DNA of 64,000 bases, taken from the IMG/VR virus record IMGVR_UViG_3300044986_000368; one strand, written 5' to 3'. The stretch is from an uncultured virus (IMG/VR IMGVR_UViG_3300044986_000368) (taxonomy: Duplodnaviria > Heunggongvirae > Uroviricota > Caudoviricetes). Every line of letters begins with the position of its first letter. The stretch's first letter is position 1. This document shows, piece after piece, positions 33,907 through 43,595 of this stretch. Both the position numbers and the translations under genes were made by a program. Under the pieces are notes generated by a model that did not search any database, was not told the origin of the DNA, and worked only from the letters and a program-made list of their open reading frames with translations.

Positions 33907-34782
33907 ATGCGTAGAAGCGACTTCAAAAATCTGGCTGGCAAAACCTTCGGACGATGGACGGTGGTTTGCGAGGCATTGCGTTCACCGGGAACTTACCAGT
34001 CTCGGTGGTTGTGCCGTTGTGAATGTGGCAACCGGCGTGAGGTGAACTATGGGTCTTTGGTGACGGGGCGTTCTTCGTCCTGTGGCTGCTTGAGGAGCGA
34101 CTACATGCGTGCTGCGTTGAAGTGTCCGCCTGAGCGTTCTAGGTCGAAGGAGAACTCGCTGTATTCAACGTGGCAGATGATGCGTCAGAGGTGCGAGAAT
34201 CCGGCTAATTCGAGCTATGCCAATTACGGTGGCCGTGGGATCACGGTTTGCGAGCGTTGGCAGGACTTTGATCGTTTTGTGGATGACATGCACCCGAAGC
34301 CGGAAGGGATGTCTTTGGACAGGATTGACAACGACATGGGGTATTCTCCTGAGAACTGCCGTTGGGCCACGCAGATGCAGCAGGCGAACAATACCCGCAG
34401 GTGCCATGAATGGGATGGTGAGCGCATTTCGTTGCGGGAGATTTGCCGTCGCATGAATGTGGAATATGGGCGTGCTCTTGCGCTGAAAAACAAGGGCATG
34501 GATGTGAGGACTGCGGTTTTGAAGGTGAGGTATGACGGGCACAAGTATCTTCCCAGAGAGGGTGAGATTATGCCGGAAACCACCAAGGCTGAGCTTGTGG
34601 CATTGGGTGGGGGCGCGATGTCCTCCAATGCGGAGGATCGGCGTCTGTGGCAGTGCATTTGCCGTTGTGATGCCATCAAGTATCGCGGGCCGCTTCCTTC
34701 GGACTATGACGGGTCTTTGAATGAGAAGATTGATTGGAGTGTAAAGCGTCCTTTTTCGCCATATTCTCCTGTTGGAGCTTGA
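33907..34782 (+). CDS. HNH-type endonuclease with N-terminal zinc-ribbon
   Basis: NLAGKTFGRW..CRCECG..SCGC..W..M.QRC.NP..YGGRGITVCERW..SLDRIDND.GYSPENCRWA. Confidence 0.9.
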   Translation: MRRSDFKNLAGKTFGRWTVVCEALRSPGTYQSRWLCRCECGNRREVNYGSLVTGRSSSCGCLRSDYMRAALKCPPERSRSKENSLYSTWQMMRQRCENPANSSYANYGGRGITVCERWQDFDRFVDDMHPKPEGMSLDRIDNDMGYSPENCRWATQMQQANNTRRCHEWDGERISLREICRRMNVEYGRALALKNKGMDVRTAVLKVRYDGHKYLPREGEIMPETTKAELVALGGGAMSSNAEDRRLWQCICRCDAIKYRGPLPSDYDGSLNEKIDWSVKRPFSPYSPVGA

Positions 34783-34814
34783 ATTTACTCATTTCTTCTA
34801 CCATCTTTGGGCCT

Positions 34815-35021
34815 ATGCCAAGACCAAGAAAAGACCTGTCTAGGGAGAGATTTGGACACCTTGTTGTTTTGCGGAGGGTGGGGAAGTCCAAAGCTGGAGT
34901 AGCCATTTACGAGGCGTTGTGCGACTGCGGAAACGTCAGGAGCGGGTATTTGCATCACAATCTGAAGAGCCTGCATACGCAATCTTGCGGGTGTCAGCCA
35001 AAGGGTGTGAGGAAAGTATGA
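34815..35021 (+). CDS. Stand-alone zinc-ribbon domain (HNH N-terminal module)
   Basis: DLSRERFGHL..CDCG..SCGC. Confidence 0.7.
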   Translation: MPRPRKDLSRERFGHLVVLRRVGKSKAGVAIYEALCDCGNVRSGYLHHNLKSLHTQSCGCQPKGVRKV

Positions 35022-35032
35022 CAAAAGTTGTC

Positions 35033-35088
35033 TATGCATTGATAATGCATATATATATAAGAGTACAGAATATGCATTGTTAATGCAT
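35033..35088. repeat. Two copies of an 18-bp palindrome flanking an AT-rich tract
   Basis: TATGCATTG(A/T)TAATGCAT at 35033-35050 and 35071-35088. Confidence 0.8.
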
Positions 35089-35152
35089 TGCCTTTTTTAG
35101 TAAGACACACAAAAATAGTTGATTCTCAGGCTATATTGAGGTAGAATAAGGG

Positions 35153-35872
35153 ATGGCAAAACTAGCCTATGAGGCAGACATCATTGCAGAGCTTGGCCCG
35201 ATCAGTGGAATGCACAAACTGTTGTATTTGACGCTTTGGAGTCGGGCAAACGAGATTGGGCACATTGTTGCCAACATGGACATGATTCTTGGATTGACCG
35301 GCATACGGTATCAGTACGAGGATTTGCTTCACTTTGGAAACCGGGTCAAAGTCTTGGATGGCAACGAGGTTATCCTGAGCAGGTATCTCAAAACCACTAT
35401 CGGCACGTTTTCGCGCACGATGAAGGTTCAGACAAAAATGTGGCGTCAGTTGGAGCTACGATGGAAGGCTACCAAAGACAATCTGACTCCGTTTATCGAG
35501 GCTTGGAGGGAATTGGACATTCTTAAATTTGCGCCCGAATACCCCGATGAATATGTGGAGGGAATGCCACCCCCAACATGGATGGCGAACCATAGGCGGG
35601 AACTTGAATTGTCACTGTCAGTTGATACACCTCCCGGATGGAGCGATAGAATACGGGATGAGTTTAGGAAATTTGTGGCATATCGGGTCGCCCTTGGGCG
35701 TGAAAAGACATCCAAGGCTGAAGCCGCGAAAGTCAGACTCACCCCATCACAAGTCATGAATTTTCAATCCATTGTGCAGGAAATGATTAACGATGGGGTG
35801 TCCGAAAAGAAAATCATCAAGCAGATTCAATATCCAGAAAACCATAATAAAATAGCCATCTACCTACCATGA
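35153..35872 (+). CDS. Hypothetical protein, weakly replication-initiator-like
   Basis: KLLYLTLWSRANEIG N-terminus; F.KFVAYR C-domain; promoter TTGATT-17-TAGAAT at 35119-35147. Confidence 0.5.
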   Translation: MAKLAYEADIIAELGPISGMHKLLYLTLWSRANEIGHIVANMDMILGLTGIRYQYEDLLHFGNRVKVLDGNEVILSRYLKTTIGTFSRTMKVQTKMWRQLELRWKATKDNLTPFIEAWRELDILKFAPEYPDEYVEGMPPPTWMANHRRELELSLSVDTPPGWSDRIRDEFRKFVAYRVALGREKTSKAEAAKVRLTPSQVMNFQSIVQEMINDGVSEKKIIKQIQYPENHNKIAIYLP

Positions 35873-36153
35873 CAATCCCTGCATCCATTAAATCCATCAG
35901 TCAAAAAGCGTTCGATCAAATCAACCTAGCCTTAAGCGAGAGGTCGATTGGTCAATGTCATCTGGATAACGGCACCTCCCTCCTCCAAGAAGCCATGCTG
36001 GAGCTGCGCAAAGAAACCGGGATGACAGCAAGGCAATTTGGCTCTCTGTGTGGAGTCTCTAAAGCCTACATCTACGCCTTGGAGAAAAAGATCAGGCCGT
36101 GGAACGACAAACTGGTGAGTCGCATTCTTGAAGCTATTTCATCCAAAACCTAA
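35869..36153 (+). CDS. XRE-family HTH protein
   Basis: LRKETGMTARQFGSLCGVSKAYIYALEK. Confidence 0.8.
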   Translation: MTIPASIKSISQKAFDQINLALSERSIGQCHLDNGTSLLQEAMLELRKETGMTARQFGSLCGVSKAYIYALEKKIRPWNDKLVSRILEAISSKT

Positions 36154-36159
36154 CCACCC

Positions 36160-36357
36160 ATGCCCACCGCCCACTCATCCCTCCTTCAATGGCTTCAGGA
36201 TCAGCCGGAAGTCAGCCTTCTCACCACTAGTCCAAGCATTAATGGCCTATGGATTCTTCGTGTTCGCTCCTATTGTGGAGGTGATGTTGTTTATGGGTCT
36301 GGCACCTCCTACGAGTCTGCCTGCTTTAACCTGCTTCAACAAATCCGCAAATCATGA
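36160..36357 (+). CDS. Hypothetical protein, 65 aa
   Basis: ATGA coupling to the next ORF. Confidence 0.55.
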   Translation: MPTAHSSLLQWLQDQPEVSLLTTSPSINGLWILRVRSYCGGDVVYGSGTSYESACFNLLQQIRKS

Positions 36358-36569
36358 CAGCCACCCTGACCTTCTACCTTCCTGAAGAACAAGACGAGTT
36401 CCGGCTTGCCTCGAATGCCTCCGCTTTGTCCGGCAAAGTGATCGCTGCCTACGAGGAGATTCGCAGAATTGCGAAATACGGCGAGGACGAAAAGGCGAAC
36501 GAAGCCTTGCGCGAAGCTCTTGTTATTCTCAACCCGGCGTATTCCTTGGCGTTGGGGGATGAAGCATAA
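36354..36569 (+). CDS. Hypothetical protein, 71 aa
   Basis: ATLTFYLPEEQDEF.LA motif common in phages. Confidence 0.7.
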   Translation: MTATLTFYLPEEQDEFRLASNASALSGKVIAAYEEIRRIAKYGEDEKANEALREALVILNPAYSLALGDEA

Positions 36570-36598
36570 CCTTACGCTTTTAACTTGAATCCAGCCCG

Positions 36599-37501
36599 AT
36601 GATGGGCGATGCTTTCCTTCACATGAACCACCCCGACAATCTCCAGCAAATTGCAGACGACTCTTTCCTTGCGCTTCCAAAAGGAATTGGCTCTCTCGAA
36701 TCAGATCCATCTGATTACCCTTATTGGGACAATGAAGCCCCTCACAGGCTGGCGATTGCCAAGCATATTCTGGATGCTGTTGGCAAGAAATCTGAGTCCA
36801 CACCAAAGAATGAGTTCAAACTTCCAACTCCGCCACCGGGCATGAAGTGGCACCGCGAAGACGGATGGACGGCTGACATGCTGCCATCTGGAACAAGACC
36901 TCTGTATTTGGGGGAGACCATTAACGTATGTGATTCCACTTTCAGTCAAGACAGAGCAAACGATTATTTCTTTCGCACCACCCGCCCCCTGACCTTCACT
37001 TACGAAGGCCACGAATGGACATGGCACCGTCCGGGCGATCCAATGCCGTGCGATGGGGAGCGCGAGGTATGGGTGATCGGAGAAGATCACCGTGTCTGCC
37101 ACCACGCTTGCCACCGTCCTTCCAAGGCAAAAACGTGGGTGTGGAAAAATACCACAAAACCCTACATCATCGGATGGCGCTACGCTGATGAGTCTCCAAA
37201 AGAAACCATACCAACCTCCATCTCTGACACCGCCAAGTCCATCGTTGCTGGAGACAGGGCCAAAGACTACGGTGACGCATCAGAATCGTTTGCCCGCATT
37301 GCCGCCCTGTGGAGCGCGTGGAAGGGTGTCGAGTTCACCTCTTGGGATGTAGCCATGATGATGATCCTCCTCAAAGTCAGCCGCGCAAAGACCAGCAAGA
37401 AGCAGGACACGCTGATTGACATCATCGGGTATGCGGAATGCGCGGAGAAGGTTGGAGGGAGCGTCTCGGATCAGACACCGCGAACCCAAGACCATGAATA
37501 A
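36599..37501 (+). CDS. Multidomain protein with C-terminal DUF6378-like domain; its tail is encoded by attC F
   Basis: GDRAKDYGD..ESFARIAALWS..DVAMMMILLKVSR..DTLIDIIGYA. Confidence 0.75.
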   Translation: MMGDAFLHMNHPDNLQQIADDSFLALPKGIGSLESDPSDYPYWDNEAPHRLAIAKHILDAVGKKSESTPKNEFKLPTPPPGMKWHREDGWTADMLPSGTRPLYLGETINVCDSTFSQDRANDYFFRTTRPLTFTYEGHEWTWHRPGDPMPCDGEREVWVIGEDHRVCHHACHRPSKAKTWVWKNTTKPYIIGWRYADESPKETIPTSISDTAKSIVAGDRAKDYGDASESFARIAALWSAWKGVEFTSWDVAMMMILLKVSRAKTSKKQDTLIDIIGYAECAEKVGGSVSDQTPRTQDHE

Positions 37502-37548
37502 CACGACCAGCGCACCAGAGCGGTTGTCCTGCATCCGATTTGTTCGGC
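37456..37548 (-). mobile_element. attC-like site F (R' degenerate, GCT)
   Basis: Minus strand GCCGAAC-AAATC-GGAT(G)CAG(G)ACA(A)CCGC...GCGGTGTCTGATCC-GAGAC-GCTCCCT. Confidence 0.75.
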
Positions 37549-37877
37549 TTTCGGTGCTTGATTTCATTGCGGTCATTCGTCGTTCGCGCCAAGACAGCGA
37601 GCGATTCTTTATGCGCGGCGGGTGCTGGGAAATGTTCTGCCTTCTGCGTAATGTCTGGCCAGAGGCTCAACCTTACCACTCATGGACTGACGACGTGACT
37701 CTTGGTGTTGGGCAACATGTGGCGACGAAAATAGGAGATCATCTTTACGACATTCGAGGGCGCATCCGCAGGCCGTCATTGTATCAGCCCATGACGCTGA
37801 CATCGTGGCCGTCACTGCGTGGCGGTGATCGTCCGCATCGTTGGGCAAAGCACTACCGCAGTGAGCCGAACCAATAG
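37494..37877 (+). CDS. Cassette gene 5: putative papain/transglutaminase-fold protein
   Basis: GGCWEM..L...HVATKI...YDIRG (Cys-His-Asp); start in the attC F loop, stop in attC G. Confidence 0.65.
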   Translation: MNNTTSAPERLSCIRFVRLSVLDFIAVIRRSRQDSERFFMRGGCWEMFCLLRNVWPEAQPYHSWTDDVTLGVGQHVATKIGDHLYDIRGRIRRPSLYQPMTLTSWPSLRGGDRPHRWAKHYRSEPNQ

Positions 37878-37916
37878 CTCACCGACGCGAAGCGTTCGGT
37901 GCAGCGCAAGTTCTAC
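37865..37916 (-). mobile_element. attC-like site G (52 bp)
   Basis: Minus strand GTAGAAC-TTGC-GCT(G)CACCGA(A)CGC-TTC-GCGTCGGTGAGC-TATTG-GTTCGGC. Confidence 0.82.
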
Positions 37917-39718
37917 GCCGCATACAACGACGCCAGCGAGTCAAACCGCTTCTTGAGCGGTGATTTGACCTTGCTGCTGTAATTCCCCGGTTTGTCGATA
38001 CCAGACAGGCCATGTCGTTCACGGCAAAGCTCGATAAGCACCGCCGCGCTGTCAAAGTGGTCGGGGCTGCGTCCAATACGCTGCTTCATCTCGACCTTGG
38101 ATTCTACCTTGATGCGTGAGCCGCCGTCCTGCGCTTTGTTTTCCTTGTAACGGCGCGATGTCATGTCGTCCGCCATTTCCTTCGTGATGTTGCGAAGCTG
38201 GTCGCAGCGAATCAGTTCTTTGCCAACCCCCCAAAGTTCTGCCACTTTATTGCCATATCGGACGCTGGATTTCTCCCTATCCGCAGATGACACAGGGCGG
38301 TCTGATGCTTTTCCGCCAAAGTCGACACGGAGGAAACGGTTGCTCCATTTTGACCAGATGGCGTCAGCAAAGGTCTTTCCACCCCCGGCGCTGGCATCAA
38401 TAGCCATATTCTCGATGGCGATACCTTCCTTCGTGCAAATCTCGCGCAACTTCTCGATCATCTGCGTGGTTCTGTCCACATCCTTACGTCCCATGTCCTC
38501 ATTGAGTTCGTAGTGTTTCTCAAATTTGAGACGCTTTTTACCATCGGTGCAGACGCCAATGCTGCCAACGGTGAGCACAGATTTGTCGCCGCCTGCTGTG
38601 TGCGAGATATCGAAGCCAGCAACCTTCGTTGGAATCCCCTGCCAAACGCAGTCATTCGGGATGCGCAGAAGCTCGCCGGGTGAGTAGATTGTCTCGTCGT
38701 CAGCATCCAGCATGAACGAACCAAGGACGCCTCGCCAGTATGAGCGTGTGTTCGGCCCCAGCTTTTCCCGCTTCTCGGCAAGCATCTCCTGAGTCATTAG
38801 GAACGGGTAAATAACCTTTCCCTCGGTAATGTTGGGCGAAGTCTCGATGTTGATTCGCCTCACATGCGCTCCTTTACCTTCCCATTCGTCCCAAGACGGG
38901 TCGTATCTATCCCAACCATCCCAAGGCTCGCAAAGACGGCCAAACGTGTCAAAAGGCGAATTGGCGTTGGCTAGGGCGATAAGCTGGACATTCGGGTTCT
39001 GCGTGATGTTTTCCTCGAATGTGTTAACGATGCTCCATGAGAGTTCGGCGCACTCATCAAGGATCACGATTAGCTTACCACCAGCACCGTGTTTCAAGCC
39101 TCGAATGGCTGTCGCGGATTCTGCTGCCTTGGCGGGTTCACCTGCAAACAGTCGGATTCCGTATTCCTCCATGACAACCTGCGTGTTAGGATCAACCGCC
39201 TTGATGGAGTAGGATGAGCCAACCAGCTTGCCTGGAGGTGGCGCTACCATGCCGTTGAAATAACGCACGATACGACCCCAGATACGGCCCATAGCTGCTG
39301 CCTTCGTGGTAGTGTTCACAAGAACAACATTCTTGAACGGCTTTGCCAGCCACCAGACGAGGGCATAGACGGCGAAAACGTCAGTCTTGCCGCCTGAGCC
39401 ACCCGATGTGATCGCCAGACGCTTGTGCTTGAATGCGTCCCGAATCATGGTTAGCGCCCAAGGATGCCACAGGAACTTGGTTTGCGATCCTTGGAAGTTC
39501 CACAGGATGTCAACCGCGTTGCAGAAATGCCGCCACGCAGGAAAGCCCTTGGCGTTCACGCTGCCATCCCGATGTCGGAGCGAGCCTGACCTGACTTGCA
39601 TCAAGATAAGCTCAATCTCCAACTGGTTTTTGGCCCTGAACTTCTCCCGCATCCCGTAGGTGTTCAGCGGCCCCTTTGTCAGTTTGGCGACAACGGGTTT
39701 CTGTGGGGCTTTGGTCAT
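37913..39718 (-). CDS. terL: Terminase large subunit
   Basis: Walker A SGGSGGKT, Walker B VILDE, LANAN coupling motif, GFD nuclease motif, GRSPDHFDS. Confidence 0.92.
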   Translation of the reverse strand: MTKAPQKPVVAKLTKGPLNTYGMREKFRAKNQLEIELILMQVRSGSLRHRDGSVNAKGFPAWRHFCNAVDILWNFQGSQTKFLWHPWALTMIRDAFKHKRLAITSGGSGGKTDVFAVYALVWWLAKPFKNVVLVNTTTKAAAMGRIWGRIVRYFNGMVAPPPGKLVGSSYSIKAVDPNTQVVMEEYGIRLFAGEPAKAAESATAIRGLKHGAGGKLIVILDECAELSWSIVNTFEENITQNPNVQLIALANANSPFDTFGRLCEPWDGWDRYDPSWDEWEGKGAHVRRINIETSPNITEGKVIYPFLMTQEMLAEKREKLGPNTRSYWRGVLGSFMLDADDETIYSPGELLRIPNDCVWQGIPTKVAGFDISHTAGGDKSVLTVGSIGVCTDGKKRLKFEKHYELNEDMGRKDVDRTTQMIEKLREICTKEGIAIENMAIDASAGGGKTFADAIWSKWSNRFLRVDFGGKASDRPVSSADREKSSVRYGNKVAELWGVGKELIRCDQLRNITKEMADDMTSRRYKENKAQDGGSRIKVESKVEMKQRIGRSPDHFDSAAVLIELCRERHGLSGIDKPGNYSSKVKSPLKKRFDSLASLYAA

Positions 39719-39727
39719 GGCAGGAGA

Positions 39728-40942
39728 TTACGCTCCCTGAGCCTGCATGGCAAACCAACGATTCATCGCATCTTCCGGCGTGTATCCACGTTGCTCCTTG
39801 GTGCGATCCTCGATGTCCTTGGCAGGCTGAGTCGTCTGGCTAGGATTCGGCTTGGCAGCATTGCGCTTGGCAAGCTCCTCCTTGAGCACCTTGATTTCAG
39901 ACTGTGCTTTGTGATACAAGTCATTGAGCTTCATCACCATAGGAGCAGTCTTGGCGGCAAGAGCGCGATTGGCTGGCGTGTCCTCAAACTTAGCGTTTTT
40001 CAGAGTTTCTGCCAGTTCAGGATCGTCCTTCAGGATGGCGAACTTCTCGCCAAGCTGTTTGTCCACAGCCTCGTAGGCTGCTTTCTCGGCAGCAAGTTGA
40101 GCCTCAGACTTCTTCTTGGACTCAGTTTCTTCAATGTAGCGAAGCTCCTGCTTGGCCTTTTCCGCGTTGTCGATCATCTGCTGAGCTTTGTCAGAAAGCT
40201 CACGATGCGTCTTGGCATAAGAGGCAAGCTCGGCTGCGTCCATCGGATTCCAGTCGGACGTAAGCTCACGCAGCTTACGGCGAAGCTCCACAGGGTCTTC
40301 CGTCTTCAACGCTTCCTTGACGGTGTCAGGTGACAGTTCGTAGGACTTGGCAAGCTCTTCGACGGCAGCACCAATCTTCTCGGCAGGAGCGATGATTTCG
40401 TTATGGAACGTGCGCGAGTTCATTACGTCATGGACGGCGCGGAACTTCTCGTTCTCGGCATCGCGTTCTTCCAGTTCCTTGATGCGCTTCTCGTATTGAG
40501 AGATGTCCTTGCCCTCAAACTCAGCAAGACGCTTCTTGGACTCCTCGATTTCAAGCAACTTAGCCTGAAGCTCTTGGTCTTTGGCGGGAAGCTGCTTGTC
40601 CTTGAGTTCACCAAGCTCGGTGCGGAGTTTGCTCAACTCCTCCTTCATGCCCTTCCAAGTGTTGATTGCCTCTGGAGTGGCGTGCTTCTTGGACGGGAAA
40701 TCGTCGGGAACATCGTTGGATTCAGTGGCTTTCTCCTCGGTTTTCGCTTCTGGCGCTGCTTCCTCGGTGGTTTTCTGCGCAACTTCCTCCGTTTTCACGG
40801 GTTCAGACACGGCTGCCTGTTTGGCGGCGTTTTCCTGTGCGGTGAAACGCTCCATCATTGGCCCGATGTCGAAATCTCCGACTCCGGGCGTGGCTTGTTC
40901 CTGTGAGGGCTGCGGTACTGCTGGCGATGCTTCGGTATTCAT
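39728..40942 (-). CDS. Putative capsid scaffolding protein
   Basis: Acidic Glu/Lys coiled coil downstream of portal. Confidence 0.65.
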   Translation of the reverse strand: MNTEASPAVPQPSQEQATPGVGDFDIGPMMERFTAQENAAKQAAVSEPVKTEEVAQKTTEEAAPEAKTEEKATESNDVPDDFPSKKHATPEAINTWKGMKEELSKLRTELGELKDKQLPAKDQELQAKLLEIEESKKRLAEFEGKDISQYEKRIKELEERDAENEKFRAVHDVMNSRTFHNEIIAPAEKIGAAVEELAKSYELSPDTVKEALKTEDPVELRRKLRELTSDWNPMDAAELASYAKTHRELSDKAQQMIDNAEKAKQELRYIEETESKKKSEAQLAAEKAAYEAVDKQLGEKFAILKDDPELAETLKNAKFEDTPANRALAAKTAPMVMKLNDLYHKAQSEIKVLKEELAKRNAAKPNPSQTTQPAKDIEDRTKEQRGYTPEDAMNRWFAMQAQGA

Positions 40943-40945
40943 GGG

Positions 40946-41272
40946 TTATTGGCGTGGTTCAAAGTATTGTTCGTCGTATTGCTGGAATGGCTCTGGAATC
41001 GACCCGTTGGTTTCGGGTTGAACTTCCGACAGCCATTTCAACATTCTCCAGACGCGCCGTTCTCCAGCCTGCATCTTGTGCATGGAGGATATGATTTGGT
41101 CTGCGTGAACGGGGTTCTCCCGATAGACACGCTGGATCACCAGATCATTCGGCTCCGTGTGCTCTTTGACGATTTCCATTGCCCGTGCGAACACGGTGGA
41201 TTGCATGATATGGGCGAGTTCGGGTGCAAGACCCTCTTCACGCCACCTTTGTATGAGTGTTTTCTTAGCCAT
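40946..41272 (-). CDS. Hypothetical head-assembly protein, 108 aa
   Basis: Between portal and scaffold; Q.GE.R.W motif. Confidence 0.6.
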   Translation of the reverse strand: MAKKTLIQRWREEGLAPELAHIMQSTVFARAMEIVKEHTEPNDLVIQRVYRENPVHADQIISSMHKMQAGERRVWRMLKWLSEVQPETNGSIPEPFQQYDEQYFEPRQ

Positions 41273-41278
41273 GAGTGA

Positions 41279-43552
41279 TTAGACAGCCCGCTGCAACTGA
41301 GCAGACGCGGCCTTGCGAGACATATCCGCAGCAAATTCCTGCTGCTTGAGGGCCATCTTCTGAGCCGCCTCAACCTGTCTCTGCTGCATTTTCATGCGGA
41401 ACTCTTCTTCCCGCTGATCCATCTTGACGCGCCATTCGGCGAGCATCTTTTCGATGTCAGACGGGCCTTGTGCCTGCGGTGCTGGCTGGCCTTGCGCCAT
41501 TGCGGCCTGTTCAGCCTCCTGAGCCTGCTGCTTTTGCAGGTGGCGGGTGCCGTTCGTGATGATTTCGTTAAACTGCTGAAGCTGCTGACGGAACATCGGG
41601 GCTTCGTTGCCTGTGTATTGCTCAAGCGTCTGAGCGGCGTGATCGAAGATGTTCGCCATCGGAGGCACAATCTCAGCATACAGCGCAGGATTTTGACCAG
41701 CGGCATCAAACTGCTGATAGTATTCGTTGAGCTTGGAGATGTGAACCTGAAGATGAACCGTCTTGTTCTCGTTCGGCAGGATCATCTGCTGGAATCCCTG
41801 AGCGAGCGCCACGTTCTGAGAATCCGCAATGGCAGCATCAATCGGAGGACGCTGATCCGAGCCGGGAGGCGTCGTAAGCTGATTCGCAATATCCCATCCA
41901 GCCACGGAGGCCGTTTGAAGGCGCACAAGCTGCTGCTTGCCGTAGTCATCGTAGTAGGGATAGAGCGCCATCAGCGACTCGTAGCTCAAACGACGTGCGG
42001 CAGGAGAGCCAGAACCAATCGTGCGACTTGCGCGGGTATAGCGCAGGTCAAGCTGTTCAAGCGCGGCCATAGGAATACCGTCCTCAAGGCAGCGCTCCTT
42101 GAACTCCCAAACATATTGACCACCGGGATCGCTGCGCTGATAGCCCGAACGCATCATGCGGCGAACCACCTGATTGCATAGACGGTCAAATTGCTGCATG
42201 AACATGTTGATTTCGGTGACAGAAAGCTGCGCATTCAAGTCCAAGCGGGCCATCGCCTCAAACTTGGAAATCTCGCGTCCCGTATCCAGCGTCTTTGTGC
42301 TGGTGTATTGACCGATATTCGTTGCCACCGTCTGTTGAAGCATTTCAATAGCAGGGGCAATAGACGCCGTGATATTCGGCGGTTGCTGCTGAATGAAGTT
42401 GGCACCGGGGGTGACGAGGAAGCCAAAACCGTATGGAACGATGCGGAAGTTCTCGACAGCCTCTTCGCTTTCCACCTGCCAAGTCGGGCCTGCTGAGAAC
42501 GCGGTATCCACAGCGCGATTGCGAAGGCGCATCAACTGGTTGAAGGCGTTGAACATGTCGCTACCAAGTCCACGAACACCGTGGTAGGTGGCGTTTGTGC
42601 CAATGCCACGAGTGAAGAAAATGAATGCCTCCTGAGCGGATGAGAACACGCCCTGACGGTAGAAGATGAAGTCCTCTGGCTCGCCATTCGTGGTAGAAAG
42701 CGCGGATTCGGTGAAGATCATTAGGCTGATTTGGCCGTCGTTTTCACGCACCCACATGTAAATCAGGGGAATTGTAGGGCCAGTTTCGCCAAGAACGAGG
42801 TCGTTGTTCTTCCAACGTTGTTCCCATTCCATCCAGTTGAAGGGGTCAATCAACTGCGGCGTTGCGTTCATCATAGCCCGTTTGAGCATTTCGATGTTCC
42901 AGCCTTCCTCGGCAGCGTATTGACCAAGCTTGATGTAGCGCATCAGTTGGTCTGGCTGCTCCAGCTTCTTCATTGCTGCATACTGAATCGAGTCCTCGCA
43001 GGTACGGGTTTGACGAGGAATTTTCAGGTAGGAAAGACTCGTAACGTCCCACTGCCAGTTCTGAGGGTCGGGGAAGTAGGCAATGCCAACACCATGTAGG
43101 GTGCGATAATGCGGAATGTAGGCGTAACGGAAGAAGAACTCAGGCCATTGACGAATAGTCCTGCTCAGGTGCAGGCTGATGCGCTGAGAAAGATTCTGAC
43201 GCTCGGAAGGCTCGCCATACTTGGTTTGCACGTCAATCAGCGCCTCGGAACCCGTAATCAAGTCCATGAAAGCGGCAATCGAGGTGTCCAAGAAAGCCTT
43301 GGCGTCACCGGGATTGAAGTTGGACATGTGGCCTAAACCTTGTTTTTGCAGCATTACGGGGTCGTAAGGCTCTTTGCCGTCAACCATCGCCTGAACCTTT
43401 GCCATCTGCTGATTGCTGGCAATGTCAGCCTGCTGCATCCGAAACCAGAGAGAGCGAGCGCCAGCCACGTCGGCGATACGGCGTTCAAGAGGTTTGCCCT
43501 CCGTGTCAACGACAGGTGGCGCGTAATTATTGAGGGCAGTTGCTAGTTCCAT
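41279..43552 (-). CDS. Portal protein
   Basis: 757 aa, largely helical, Gln-rich P22-like barrel tail; linked to scaffold and terL. Confidence 0.8.
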   Translation of the reverse strand: MELATALNNYAPPVVDTEGKPLERRIADVAGARSLWFRMQQADIASNQQMAKVQAMVDGKEPYDPVMLQKQGLGHMSNFNPGDAKAFLDTSIAAFMDLITGSEALIDVQTKYGEPSERQNLSQRISLHLSRTIRQWPEFFFRYAYIPHYRTLHGVGIAYFPDPQNWQWDVTSLSYLKIPRQTRTCEDSIQYAAMKKLEQPDQLMRYIKLGQYAAEEGWNIEMLKRAMMNATPQLIDPFNWMEWEQRWKNNDLVLGETGPTIPLIYMWVRENDGQISLMIFTESALSTTNGEPEDFIFYRQGVFSSAQEAFIFFTRGIGTNATYHGVRGLGSDMFNAFNQLMRLRNRAVDTAFSAGPTWQVESEEAVENFRIVPYGFGFLVTPGANFIQQQPPNITASIAPAIEMLQQTVATNIGQYTSTKTLDTGREISKFEAMARLDLNAQLSVTEINMFMQQFDRLCNQVVRRMMRSGYQRSDPGGQYVWEFKERCLEDGIPMAALEQLDLRYTRASRTIGSGSPAARRLSYESLMALYPYYDDYGKQQLVRLQTASVAGWDIANQLTTPPGSDQRPPIDAAIADSQNVALAQGFQQMILPNENKTVHLQVHISKLNEYYQQFDAAGQNPALYAEIVPPMANIFDHAAQTLEQYTGNEAPMFRQQLQQFNEIITNGTRHLQKQQAQEAEQAAMAQGQPAPQAQGPSDIEKMLAEWRVKMDQREEEFRMKMQQRQVEAAQKMALKQQEFAADMSRKAASAQLQRAV

Positions 43553-43595
43553 AATTAGGCGATTCTCCCATCCTTCGTTTGATAATCAAGGGGTT

